From: Octopus bimaculoides
Lineage: Eukaryota
Assembly (NCBI RefSeq): GCF_001194135.2
Contig: NC_068982.1
Span: forward strand, 47,359,733-47,419,240
Length of the DNA stretch: 59,508 bases
Direction of reading: 5' to 3'
Below the pieces are notes generated by a model, which worked only from the letters and a program-made list of their open reading frames with translations, made no database searches and had not been told where the DNA came from. The position numbers were made by a program, and so were the translations under genes. Position 1 is the first letter of the stretch; every line of letters starts with the position of its first letter. Below, piece after piece: positions 24,780 to 36,871 of the stretch.

Positions 24780-25660
24780 TTGGTGGAGGTAGGCATGAAA
24801 GAAAAGTCAACTATGGCAGAATGTGAACACAGAATCTTCTAACAATACATAAGGAATATTTCAACCTTCTACTAATAATGATTTCAAATTTTGGTACAAG
24901 GCCATGGGACGGGGTAAGTCGATTACATTGACCTCAGTGCTCAACTGCTACTTATTTTATCGACCCCAAAAAGATGGAAGGTAAAGTCGACTTCGACTCA
25001 GAACGTAAAGACGGACGAAAGACTTCTAAGTATTTTTTCCTAGCTCGCCGCCTTATCTTCTGCTAATAATAATTACACAAAGCCTAGACATTTTGGGGTG
25101 GAAAGGAACAGTTATATGGACTTCAGTACTTTACGGGTTTTTTTATTATTATTATTTTATCGACTCCGGAAGGATTGCAGGCAAAGTCAGCATCGTTTGG
25201 ACTTGAACTCCAAATGTAAAAAGACGTAACTAAATATCGATTTTTAACATATGCAGAAGGCCTCATTTTTTTTTTTGTGGTGGGGGAGAGTATGGTCGCT
25301 ATATCGATTCCCGTACTTGACTGTTATTTTATTTTATCGACCCCGGAGGTATAAAATGCAAAGTTGACCTCAGTGGGATATGAACTAAGTATGTAAAAAG
25401 TCGCAATGAAATTAATCAGACGCTCTAACGATTCTGCCAATCCACCACCTTTAAAACTTCTGATAATCGTTTCTACACTGGCACAAAACCACATATTCAG
25501 GTAGAAGGGTTAGTCGATTTATTCGACTACAGTACTTACCTGGTATTTCCTGTTATCGATCCCAGAAGGCAATATTGAACTTGGCAGGATAGGAACTCAG
25601 AATGTAAAGAAACTAAACACGGTAAACTATTTTGTCCGATGCGCTAATGATTCTGCTAGA
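24780..25660 (-). mobile_element. Head-to-tail run of about 4-5 diverged SINE A copies
   Basis: TTTTATCGAC(C/T)CC..AAGG..G.A.G.AAAGTC..C repeated at about 24955, 25155, 25335 and 25555. Confidence 0.8.
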
Positions 25661-26741
25661 AACAGCAGCCAAATTTTAATCAACTCTCAATGTGCTATCT
25701 TTACAAAGAAGGAAGGACATGTTGGATCGTGTGACATGGCGATGGCTAGAACGCTTTTGATCATCAGTATATTCGATCTTAGCTGACCTAGGGCTCAACA
25801 ACAAAAGCATGTTATGATATAATCAGACTACGATTCTTATAATTGCATTAAATGTTTGTTGCTTTATTTGTTCAGTTGATGTTACCGAACGGATCACATT
25901 TTAACTACGAATCCACTGTTCGGCTGTGATTTTATGACTCTTCCTAAATTACACCATTGCATCAGCGTTCATTCAACAATCACGTGATCACATCAAGGTC
26001 TTTGCTGTCTGTCAATCGACAAGATATTTTATTAGATTTCTGCTCGTTTGCACAAACCTATGTGTTTACTCAAACATCATAACAGGGGATGAGGAGAGAG
26101 CGAGAGAGTGGGGGGAGGGGAGCAAAGAAAGTCAAGATCAGAAAAACAAAACAAAAAACTTGTATGGCGGTTGAAAACTAAATTTGATTATGTTATATAA
26201 TGTTTCAAGTCACGAACTTTCTATATATCATAACAGTGTTTATTCAAACTTCAAACGAAGAGAAAGAAACAGAGAGAGAGAGGGAGTGAGAGAAAATAGA
26301 GAGGAAAGCAATAGAGATAAAAACAGCGAGGTGATAGAGAGAAGAGACGAGGAAAGGAAGACAGGAGAAGAAACAATAAGAGTAAAGAGACGGATGTGGA
26401 AAAGTGGAAAAGAAGAGAAAGAGGAAAAAAACAAGGAAAAATCGGGAATATGTAATCATGGAGTGAGATGAAAGTTGGGAAATGAAATTTGATTATATCA
26501 TGTTATATAACGTAATACAATCACAGAGGCTGAAGGTTCGAAACTCAATGAAATGAATAAAAATTATATTACTTATATATATATATTTTAAAGTTTTACA
26601 ACGCTTTCTTTCGCCAAACAAAGATTGAAAACTTAAATTTTATACTTCAACTGAACTTAACGATGTGATACATATATTTACAAACTTCGTCAGCGCCATA
26701 GATAGTGTATAAAGGTAGCGATCTGGTTTCAAAAACTAGTT

Positions 26742-26888
26742 CAGTGGTTCCCAATCTGTGGTCCGCAAAGATAATACTGAAAATCCGTGAACATGTTAAA
26801 CTGTCAGACCTTTCAATATCCTGGGGTCCGTGGGAAAACTCATTTAGATAAAAGGGGACCTAGGTAGTGTAAAGATTGGTAACCATTG
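26742..26888. mobile_element. hAT (Buster/Charlie-type) MITE, 147 bp
   Basis: TIRs CAGTGGTTCCCAATCT / AGATTGGTAACCATTG (14/16 match). 8-bp TSD AACTAGTT / TACTAGTT with central TA. Confidence 0.85.
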
Positions 26889-27734
26889 TACTAGTTACTC
26901 ATCTCATTAATGTGTTTGTCCAGCCCGTAGCTACTCTCTGTGTACTGCCTTTATGGCAAATTGAATGAAATAAAGTTAGAGATTTTAAATTCACTTCATT
27001 TACGTTGATGTCGTCGTCGTTGTTGCTGTTATCATTTTATAAGATTTTGCTGGCAAATTTTTAAATTAACATAAACATTTATTTGCACGAAAGGAAATTA
27101 CAGGAGAACTTTCATCTGATTCTTCCAACTCTTTCTTTTGAAACCATTTCTGTTTTTTTTTTTTTTTTATCACAGCAACAGGTCGTATACCACAAGGTTA
27201 AACAGAATCTACTGAAGCAAACCAGCACGCTCGCAGCATAACCACGGACGATGAACGAGGCTAAGGCATTTAAGCCCTAGATCTACTCTAATCCTATAGA
27301 GCTACAATAAAACATGTTTCATCTTCTGTTATAATTCCATTTACGTTTTGGGAGCATCATAGGAATATAAGTCGGCTCCAGTTGTTGACTAGTACTTTAT
27401 TTTATCGACGTCGGAAGAATCAAGGATAACATTGATGGCATGCGTACACAAATGCGTTAAGTACGGAAACGAAATTTGCTTAGTGGGTGCAAACCCAGGT
27501 TCGAATTTTTTTCAAACAAGGTCAATTTTTTTCAGTCTTAATATCAAAACAAACCCAGGTATAATAATAATTATTATTATTATCATGATTATATTTGTAC
27601 ATCAATCAAATCAGATGAATTTAATCATGAAAACGTAATGTTTCAAATCAGTCCAACAGTGTTTCTATGCTCCTTCGTGGATGGAATATGGTAAATTATT
27701 TGAGTAACAACCGCACGATTTTCATTAAGAAAAA

Positions 27735-28731
27735 AAATCAGATTTTTTGCGTGAAATCAAGTACCCTGACCTCCTGACCCTAACCCTGACCTCCTAATAT
27801 GCTGCAAATCCTTTATTTTGGTTCGGAAAGAATGGTGGGGGCGAGGGGGTACATGATTCCATGCAAAAAATCCGAGTTTTTTTTTCTTTCTTCGTGAAAA
27901 TCGTGCATGTGTTACTCAAAAAATTTACCTGGAATAGATCCTCGTTCGTTTCGGCGAAAAAGATCTTCAAGAGGATGTTCAAAGTGTTTTCTTTACCGCC
28001 ACCCCCAAAGATTTAGAGGGTACGCTTGTACCTTCCTTTCCGGAGCCTATGCCCAAGTGTGTTCACGCTCGACTTCGTTTCCTCATAANNNNNNNNNNNN
28101 NNNNNNNNNNNNNNNNNNNNNNNNNNNNNNNNNNNNNNNNNNNNNNNNNNNNNNNNNNNNNNNNNNNNNNNNNNNNNNNNNNNNNNNNNNNNNNNNNNNN
28201 NNNNNNNNNNNNNNNNNNNNNNNNNNNNNNNNNNNNNNNNNNNNNNNNNNNNNNNNNNNNNNNNNNNNNNNNNNNNNNNNNNNNNNNNNNNNNNNNNNNN
28301 NNNNNNNNNNNNNNNNNNNNNNNNNNNNNNNNNNNNNNNNNNNNNNNNNNNNNNNNNNNNNNNNNNNNNNNNNNNNNNNNNNNNNNNNNNNNNNNNNNNN
28401 NNNNNNNNNNNNNNNCTAACCCTAGGGTTAGGGTTAGGGTTAGGGTTAGGGTTAGGGTTAAAGCAAATTTAAAATGAAAAAAGCAAATAAAACGAAGAAT
28501 CGTTTGTTTATGTAGTCGGCACTTAATGTATATCGGCTGAATGGACGTCAGTGATTGGTTGAAATTATCGAAATAAGACAATTTTTTACATGAAATAAAT
28601 TCGAATACAAAAATATTTTTCTGTTCTATAACACAAAATAGATAAGTATACGAAGTTTGAAAGTCTTTCGGTACCAAAAACACTACGTAAAACATTAATG
28701 AAAAATGTGGCCCCCGTTTTAAAAAAGATCC
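27735..28731. mobile_element. Probable Helentron-like non-autonomous element carrying (TTAGGG)n, partly in an N gap
   Basis: CCCTGACC/CCCTAACC motifs at 27765-27795, (TTAGGG)n at 28422-28460, ends ..AAAAGATCC. The class is inferred from similar TTAGGG-bearing elements in other animals. Confidence 0.4.
28416..28460 (+). repeat. Interstitial telomere-type repeat (TTAGGG) x about 6
   Basis: CTAACCCTAGGGTTAGGGTTAGGGTTAGGGTTAGGGTTAGGGTTA. Confidence 0.9.
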
Positions 28732-28977
28732 AGGAAATTTTCTACAAGTACACTGGGGTACTTAATTTCAAGATTTTATGACACGTAATCACAGAGACAC
28801 CCTTGCTGGATTTATATATAGTGTGCTTGTTAAAAATAGCAACCAAATTTCCTTTCAACTCTTTCCATCTTCAAACGGGAGAAAACGTTGAATAATGCAG
28901 TCCAAGAGTTTTCCTCACTCTCTGCTTTCCTCTTAGCTTTTCCCTCATTCTTACTTTTTCTCCTTCGTCTCTCGCTA

Positions 28978-29025
<48 letters not shown>

Positions 29026-29179
29026 CTTCCTCTATGTCACCCCTCATATCATGGGTTGATCTCAGCTTGAATGCCTTTGATCACTGGTTTACTCAATCAG
29101 GGCTGATGTAGGTTGGAACAACAAAACCAGCAGCTGTGGTCCGTTTATCTCAAACTGTCTACATTACCCAATATATCGT

Positions 29180-30390
29180 TCATTTTAAATTGAAATTCCA
29201 CCGAGATTGACTCTTCCTTTCATCCTTTTGAGGTCGATACCAATCAATCAATTTCCTCCTCTCCTCAAAAACTGCTGGCCCTGTGGCAAAATTTTAAACT
29301 ATCGTTTTTTTTAAAACGAGTGTGTGTGTGCTGTGAGGAATTTGGCTGCTATTTCTCGCAGATCAAGTAATCCCGTAGTTGCACCTTCATTGTTGTTCTC
29401 AACTATATGAGTTCAAAAGAGTGTGGGAGGTAGTTTAAAACAAAACAACATTATGAAATGACACCATTATAGAAAGATAAGCTCGAAAACAGAAGCAAAT
29501 AAGGTGCAGTTTAAGTGTCTCAGGAACTTCCCTCTCAACGCAATGAATGAACAAGCGTATCATCGAGATATAGTGATGTCAAAATAATTGAAGGTGTGGT
29601 GAGTGTTGTGGTTAAATGACTAATGTTCAACAAAGTTATTCATGTTATCTCCCTTTCTGACCAACTCTCCCATTTCGTTACCACTTCGTCAATGCGTTAC
29701 TCCAACTTTTCTCAACTGGGGTTCCCCAGTGACCTAAGGGTTCCATGAAAAATAGTGGTAAACAGACTAATGAAATCTGGGGGACAGAAATGTTTGCTCC
29801 CACCCAATTTTTTAAATTTTATTTTATTTAACATAGTTTTTACGAAAGACATTTATTTGGAACATGTACTAAATGTTATAAAACGCACGATTGAATGAAT
29901 GTCACGGTGAAGAAAGTGGAAGTTCAAGAACATTCAGAAGGCATAATTCAATTTTTCATACAAAAATAATTTATTTTACAATTTTGAAACGAATGCTGAA
30001 CAAAATGAATAAAAAGGAAGATGCTGTTTTTGAACTGTGAAACGTTATAGGTTGTAGAATAAATACTGAGTAACGCAGTAAAGAAAGTTGTGCGACGTTG
30101 ATACTCACAGTGGTGAAGAATACAAGGATTGTAAAAAAACAAAAAAAAACACACTATCTTGAAACTGGTTAGAAGAAGTGGAATAACATTTCTGTAATTA
30201 TATTCTTTTCTACTCTAAGCACAAGGCCCGAAATTTGGGAGAGGGAGTTAGTCGACTAGATCGACCTCAGTACGCAACTGGTATTTAATTTATGGATCCC
30301 GAATGAATGAAAAGCAAAGTCGACCTCGGCGGAATTTTAACTCAGAACGTAAAGACAGACGTGCTAACGTTTCTGCCAGCTCGCCGCCTT
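29180..30390. mobile_element. SINE A copies 29180-29300(+) and 30203-30390(-), with a possible hAT MITE end at about 29705
   Basis: Core matches. TTCTCAACTGGGGTTCC..CCTAAGGGTTCC is hAT-subterminal-like. Confidence 0.7.
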
Positions 30391-30431
30391 ATTTCTTTAA
30401 TTATATTGAAAGAGCCGCTGAGGCTTTCTAC

Positions 30432-30613
30432 TTCGCCAAGTTTCCGAGTTTGTTATAAAAACCAGAATTTTTTTTTTTTTTTTCCAGATATATTTGCAAA
30501 TATTTTGAGTGGTGTTAAATCAGGCAAATCTTCGTTGGTAGTACTTGAAAGTGAACGTTGTTGTTTGTTTGAAGTCGAAGCCGCAAGTAAATTTCCAATA
30601 TCCGCCCGTTTAA
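30432..30613 (-). other. Candidate coding exon (unidentified protein)
   Basis: Minus-strand acceptor TAACTTCCCCTCCCCTCAACAG, open frame KRADIGNLLAASTSNKQQRSLSSTTNEDLPDLTPLKIFANISG.., weak donor GTAGAA. No homology recognised. Confidence 0.2.
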
Positions 30614-31129
30614 CTGTTGAGGGGAGGGGAAGTTACATACATTAACTAAGAGATACACACACGTACATTAACGCACACGTAAAGCCTATCTCTGTCCCTG
30701 TGTGTGTCTGTCTTTGTCTTTAGATGCATGTGTGTGTGTCAGTCGTCTTAAAAATGTATGTATACTGACAGACACATACACATATACTTGTCAGTCATCG
30801 GCCTAACGTAGGTAACGAACGTGCGAACACGCGCATATATAAAATGCAACGTCATCGTCATTATGGTGGTGATATAAAATGTCGATAGGTTACTAAAAGA
30901 AAAATGATAATGTTAAATTTTTGTAATGCAAATATGTGAATGAAAATATAGTTTAGTTGGTAGCCAAACGCTTACTGAATCTTTTGATACCCGTTACATG
31001 AAAATCGGCAATTCAGTTTTGGAATGCATAAGGAACATACGTGCACACTCATGCGCTCGCGCACGCGCACACACACATACAAACTCTCTTTTACAGTTTA
31101 TATATATATATGTATACATATATAGTAAA

Positions 31130-31330
31130 TAAAAAAATGAAGAACAAATACAAAAAAAAAAGACAACAATACGAGGACGTGATACATGTAAAGTATTAGC
31201 TGACGCTCAGGGAAGGAAAGAAAGGTGGTTTTACGTTTCGAGCAAAGCTATTCTTCAGAAACAGGAGACAGAGGAAAGTCCAATAGAAAAGGAAGACGGA
31301 GGGGAAAAAATCGCCAACGATTCACATGTA
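31130..31330 (-). mobile_element. Penelope-derived pLTR-like repeat
   Basis: Minus strand carries CTGAAGA..GCTCGAAACGT, the hallmark end motif of PLE pseudo-LTRs. Confidence 0.6.
31196..31265 (-). ncRNA. Degenerate type I hammerhead ribozyme-like motif
   Basis: Minus strand: UGUUU-CUGAAGA-au-AGC-uuu-GCU-c-GAAACGU..(about 25 nt)..GCGUC-AGCUA. The core nucleotides are present, but stems I and II are imperfect. Confidence 0.5.
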
Positions 31331-31342
31331 GTTAACGCTCAT

Positions 31343-32155
31343 TATTATATTAGGAGATTATACATACATTTTAACACTTTACAGTGTACTTACATATATA
31401 CATAATTCTAAACATCGATCTAAAACAACAGAATTACTAAACGAAGAGCGGAATTTAAGAGAAGAGGAAACCAAAAGGTCTCGTGATACTCAATGAAGGA
31501 TTTTATTTCAGATATCTTCATTTTAAAAATCATCTCCGGTTAATCGTTGAGAGGACGCTGGTGTTGCGTTGGTGGAAGTTTGCGCTCTCTGAGTGCTCGT
31601 GTTATATTAGGAGATTATACATACATTTCAACATTTTACAGTATACTTACATATATACATAATTCTATACATAGATCTAAAACAACAGGATTACTAAAGG
31701 AAGACCGGAATTTAAGACTACGATACAGTATGCATTTCATTACAATTATACTTTTTATGTTCAATTACGTTTCTCTATCAAAGTTCCTGTTTCAGTTCAA
31801 CCAGTGTTTCCAAAACTTTTACGTAATAACTCCTAAAGACTTATCGACATGCGTGCACTCAAGTCATGTAAATATTTTTATTACTCAGACGACACACACA
31901 CAGCATTACAAACACAGCCTGCACACCCATTTGCACATTCCATGACTCCCATTGGGATCGATCAGGTACCGGACAATGTATATGGATTATTTTTCCGCTT
32001 GAGAGCGATCAAGTTCATTTTTAGTATTCTCGTTTGCGAGAGCAGTCGATTTTATTTCAGATATTCTCATTTTAAAACTCATCTCCGGTTAATCGGTGAG
32101 AGGATGTTGGTGTTGCGTTGGCGGAGGTTTGCGCTCTCCGAGTGCTCTTGTTATC
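31343..32155 (+). repeat. Local mosaic duplication A-B-A'-(unique)-B'
   Basis: A (31345-31460) resembles A' (31601-31718): TTATATTAGGAGATTATACATACATT..GGAATTTAAGA. B (31498-31603) resembles B' (32048-32155): ATTTTATTTCAGATA..TCATCTCCGGTTAATCG.TGAGAGG..GTTTGCGCTCTC.GAGTGCTC.TGTTA. Confidence 0.88.
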
Positions 32156-32769
32156 CAAATAAAAACAGCAATTTCAAGAATGTAAACAATGGGAGCCCTT
32201 CCGTGAGCGAAGCAACGTTCGATGCGAATACAAGTAACAATATCACCAGCAACAGCAGTAACAACAATAGCAACAACATCAGCAGCACCATCAACAACTA
32301 CAACAACAACACCAACAATGAGTAAATCAACGAAGGACCTGAGAAACAAATTGGTGCAACTGCTTGGAATAGCTCTTCTACAATTTTCTGAAGAACTTAA
32401 AAAATGCCACACAGCAGCAAGAATTCCTTTTGTACCCCTCCCCCAACTTTATTTTTTTCTACACAAACCCCTGTTTTCGGCTACGGAGAATATGAATCTT
32501 CAAAAAAATTGGCAAAAATCGGCATTTTGAAATTACCCGTTCCCCCACCCCTAATTTCTTCGGGGGTTTTTTTTTCTTTTTTTCAGAATTTTTTTTCTTC
32601 TTTTTTCGAAATATCCGGAAAAACACGGAGATTATATGATTCTGAAAAAAATTTCCAAAAAGTTTTGTAAAATTTCAATTAAAAAAAAAAAATTACACCC
32701 CCTCCTCTCCTCGCAGTGTACGGCTACTTTTTTCAGAAATTTCTTTTTTTTTTCAAAATATGCGGAAAA

Positions 32770-33245
32770 ATACACATACACACACCCTCTCTCTCTTTTT
32801 CATATACACACACCTTCTCTCTCACACACATACACACACTCCACTCTCTCTCACACACATACTCTTTCTCTCACACATACTCTCTCTCTCTCACATACAC
32901 ACTCTCTCTCTTTCATAAGCACACTCTCTTTCACACACATACTCTCTCTCACACACACACTCTCTTTCACCCTCCTCTCTCTCTCTCTTTCTCTCACACA
33001 CACACTCTCTCTCACACACACATACATGCACACAAACACATACATGCACACAAACACATACATGCACACAAACACATACATGCACACAAACACTCTCTCA
33101 TACACACACACACACTCTCTCATATACACCTCTCTCTCTCACATACACACCTCTCTCTCACATACACCTCTCTCTCTCTCACAAACATACACCTCTCTTT
33201 CTCTTTCACATACACCTCTCTCTCTGTCTCCTCTTCTCTCTCTAC
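32770..33245. repeat. (CA)/(CT) low-complexity tract including an 18-bp unit CACATACATGCACACAAA x4
   Basis: Direct reading. Confidence 0.9.
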
Positions 33246-33929
33246 ATCTCTTGCTGGAATTTCATAGAAACATTGCAAATGAAAGGTGTTAGCCATCAGA
33301 AAGCAACTAGAGAGGAAAACACAGAAACCTCAAATCTGTAATCGTCCACAATTAAAAACCTCACGGACCCTCACATATTATGCATCTAGAAGTGGAAGAA
33401 ATGAGAAATGCAGTATCCATGTCTCCCTTTTTTCTCCCATACACACATATACATACAAGCATGCACATGTGTGTATGTGCGCGCACACATACATACACAC
33501 ACATGCACATGCTCACAGATATATGCCCTATGTAAGTGAAATAAGATGCCTACAAGCAAGCAAACTTGATTCATAGGAAATGGAAATGATAACATGCAGA
33601 ACTATTTCAAATCTAAGTGTAAGACAATAATTTGTGGAAAAAGGAAAAGATTAAAAAGAAAAGGATATTTTTTGATTAAAATATAAAAAGGAACAACAAT
33701 AAAAGCCACAATATCAAGAATACTGGAAATGTTCCAGATTTTCAAATGTCCAGAAGCAGAAATTAATGAGTCGGTAGATAATATTTTAAAGACTGCAAAA
33801 TATGTAAGGTATGTGAAGCGTAGGTGTAACATGTGAATATGAAATGGGAACGGAATGAAATAATTCTGAAACAACTCAATGTTTATTTTCGTAAGCTAAC
33901 AGTAAACAGATTCTCCATTAGTTTTGATG

Positions 33930-34125
33930 GTGATCATTCATCACCATCGTCATTTAATTTCCATTGTCCATTCTGGCCTGAGCTGGTAAGCTGGAGAGCT
34001 GCACCAGGCTCCAGTCTGATTTGGCATGGTTGGCTGCCCCTCTTAACACCAATCATTTTACAGAGTGTGCTGGGTTACCTGGCACTACACAGGTACTTTT
34101 ATATGACACCGGCACAGGATTCTTA
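33930..34125 (-). mobile_element. RTE LINE 3' end (family D), diverged
   Basis: GCTGCACCAGGCTCCAGTCTGATTTGGCA matches the other D copies. Confidence 0.7.
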
Positions 34126-34288
34126 CAGGTCAATCCTCTCTACCAGGAGAACCAGCCTTAATACTTCTACTGTGGAGCAAAGGTCTTGTTGGATTTATTA
34201 TTGGTGACATTCCACAGACATTTGCATGCTTGACATAATACTCAAGCACACACACACACACACATGTATATATATGTGCATATTCATA

Positions 34289-34821
34289 TCTATTATATAA
34301 AATTCAATGTTTTTATGTGTGTTTGTGTGTTACTTATACATTCCAAAACTACTGCACCGATCCTAATGAAATCTGGAACACAAAATCCAAGCCTAGGGAG
34401 AAGGATAATTTCATGGACCAAAATTACCGAATGGATCCTTATGATATTTGGAACTTAGATTCAATGCATAAGGGCGGGTATAATGCAGTATGTTTGGTTT
34501 CAAATTGAGATAGCTTAAGGCCCAATAGGAGCTTTAACTCCCACATTTGAGACCTCCATGACTTCCATTTTTCAGGAGCAAAATCCTTTTAACAGGCTCC
34601 ATAAGACTGGAATTTTGGAATCTACGCATAAAGATCAGTAGTATGGGATACATGTGTCATAATTAGAATTTTTTTAGGGTGTGTAAAGAGGGAAAGAACC
34701 CTCATCTGCAATTTTGATGAAAATCGAATCATAGGTATTCCAGTTCATTAGAGAAAATATAACAGAAAAGTCTAATTCTTCAATTGCCTGTAACACGGGC
34801 AACGCCAGGTATCTCTGCTAG
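34289..34821 (+). mobile_element. Non-autonomous Helitron (533 bp)
   Basis: A|TCTATTATATAAAA 5' end, 3' GC hairpin GGGCAACGCC followed by CTAG|T, inserted between A and T with no TSD. Confidence 0.85.
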
Positions 34822-34845
34822 TATATGTGTATGTGTGTGTGTATG

Positions 34846-34894
<49 letters not shown>

Positions 34895-35321
34895 AAGTAT
34901 ACATAAGTATATATATATATATATATATATACTGTGTATATAAAATACAAATTACAGATTTTCCCCCTCATTGTTACTAATAATTTCTTGTGTCAGTGAT
35001 ATTTGTCAAGCCTTTTGCTTTGATCATCTCTAATTTACAGAAATATGAATTATCTTTCCTTAACACTGTAATGAATCTCAATAGCTGTTATTAGAAATAG
35101 AAGCAGCAAAATTTGAGAGATTAGTTTATGAATAGCAAGGCCTTGAGGAAAACAAATAAATTGACAATGTAAAGCATGAGAATATATTATACGTACCTAT
35201 TTACATACCCCCCCCCACACACACACTTATGTATGAACGCACACATACAGATACATCACACACACACACACATTGAGCAACTGTCAAAACGTGACTATAA
35301 GTGAATGTAGAGATAATTTTT

Positions 35322-35490
35322 ATCTATATCTATATCTATAAAAGAGAGTTTGTGTGTGTGTGTGTGTGTGTGCGCGCGCGCGTATGTTCCTTATCTATAT
35401 CTATAAAAGAGAGTTTGTACGTGTGTGTGTGTGTGTGTGCCCGCGTGCGCGCGTGCGTATGTTCTTTACGCATTCCAAAACCGAGTTGCC
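35322..35490 (+). mobile_element. Tandemly repeated Helitron-like 5' end
   Basis: TCTATATCTATAAAAGAGAGTTTGT(GT)n..CGTATGTTC occurs twice, then GCATTCCAAAAC..CCGATTTT as in the 34289 element. Confidence 0.6.
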
Positions 35491-35504
35491 GATTTTGACG
35501 TAGC

Positions 35505-36065
35505 GGTAGCGGTAGACCCAGGAAGATCTGGGACGAGGTGGTGAAGTATGATCTCCGAACTTTGAGCCTCACAGAGGCAATGACTTGTGACCAAGACCTT
35601 TGGCAATATACTGTGCTTTAGAAGACCTGTCAAGCTAAGTGAAATCGTAATCGTGGCCGATGCTGGTGTCACGTAACTGGCACCCATGCCGATGGCACGT
35701 AAAGAACACCTTTAGAGTGTTGGACCTCACGGAGGGAAAGTGGCTGTGTTCCTTTCGAGCGTTGGGCCTCATGGAGGCAATGACCGAAGCCTTTAGCATT
35801 ATGTCGTGTTTGAGAAGACCTACCAAGTCAAGCAAAATTACAGTCGTGACAGATACTGGTGTCACGCAAATAGCACCTGTGGTGGTGACGAGTAAAAGCA
35901 CTAATTACACTCCCGGAGTGGTTGGCGTTAGGAAGGGCATCTAGCTATAGAAAGCCATGCCAAATCAGACTGAAGTCTGGTGCAGCCTTCCAGCTTGCCA
36001 GTCCTGGTCAAACCGTCCAACCCATTCCAGCATGGACAATGGATGTTAAATGATGATGATGATGG
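35505..36065 (+). mobile_element. 5'-truncated RTE LINE: ORF C-terminus plus 3' UTR with internal duplication and (GAT)n tail
   Basis: GRPRKIWDEVVKYDLRTLSLTEAMTCDQDLWQYTV matches the RTE C-terminus RGRPRKTWxEVVxxDL..DRxxWR. GCCTCA.GAGGCAATGAC recurs at about 35555 and 35765. Confidence 0.8.
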
Positions 36066-36837
36066 TATATATATATATATATATATATATNNNNNNNNNN
36101 NNNNNNNNNNNNNNNNNNNNNNNNNNNNNNNNNNNNNNNNNNNNNNNNNNNNNNNNNNNNNNNNNNNNNNNNNNNNNNNNNNNNNNNNNNNNNNNNNNNN
36201 NNNNNNNNNNNNNNNNNNNNNNNNNNNNNNNNNNNNNNNNNNNNNNNNNNNNNNNNNNNNNNNNNNNNNNNNNNNNNNNNNNNNNNNNNNNNNNNNNNNN
36301 NNNNNNNNNNNNNNNNNNNNNNNNNNNNNNNNNNNNNNNNNNNNNNNNNNNNNNNNNNNNNNNNNNNNNNNNNNNNNNNNNNNNNNNNNNNNNNNNNNNN
36401 NNNNNNNNNNNNNNNNNNNNNNNNNNNNNNNNNNNNNNNNNNNNNNNNNNNNNNNNNNNNNNNNNNNNNNNNNNNNNNNNNNNNNNNNNNNNNNNNNNNN
36501 NNNNNNNNNNNNNNNNNNNNNNNNNNNNNNNNNNNNNNNNNNNNNNNNNNNNNNNNNNNNNNNNNNNNNNNNNNNNNNNNNNNNNNNNNNNNNNNNNNNN
36601 NNNNNNNNNNNNNNNNNNNNNNNNNNNNNNNNNNNNNNNNNNNNNNNNNNNNNNNNNNNNNNNNNNNNNNNNNNNNNNNNNNNNNNNNNNNNNNNNNNNN
36701 NNNNNNNNNNNNNNNNNNNNNNNNNNNNNNNNNNNNNNNNNNNNNNNNNNNNNNNNNNNNNNNNNNNNNNNNNNNNNNNNNNNNNNNNNNNNNNNNNNNN
36801 NNNNNNNNNNNNNNNNNNNNNNNNNNNNNNNNNNNNN

Positions 36838-36871
<34 letters not shown>

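Noticed and set aside
28416-28460. True telomere or chromosome fusion site
   Set aside because: Only about 6 units are visible, it is internal, the polarity is opposite to a fusion, and the flank is repeat-like.
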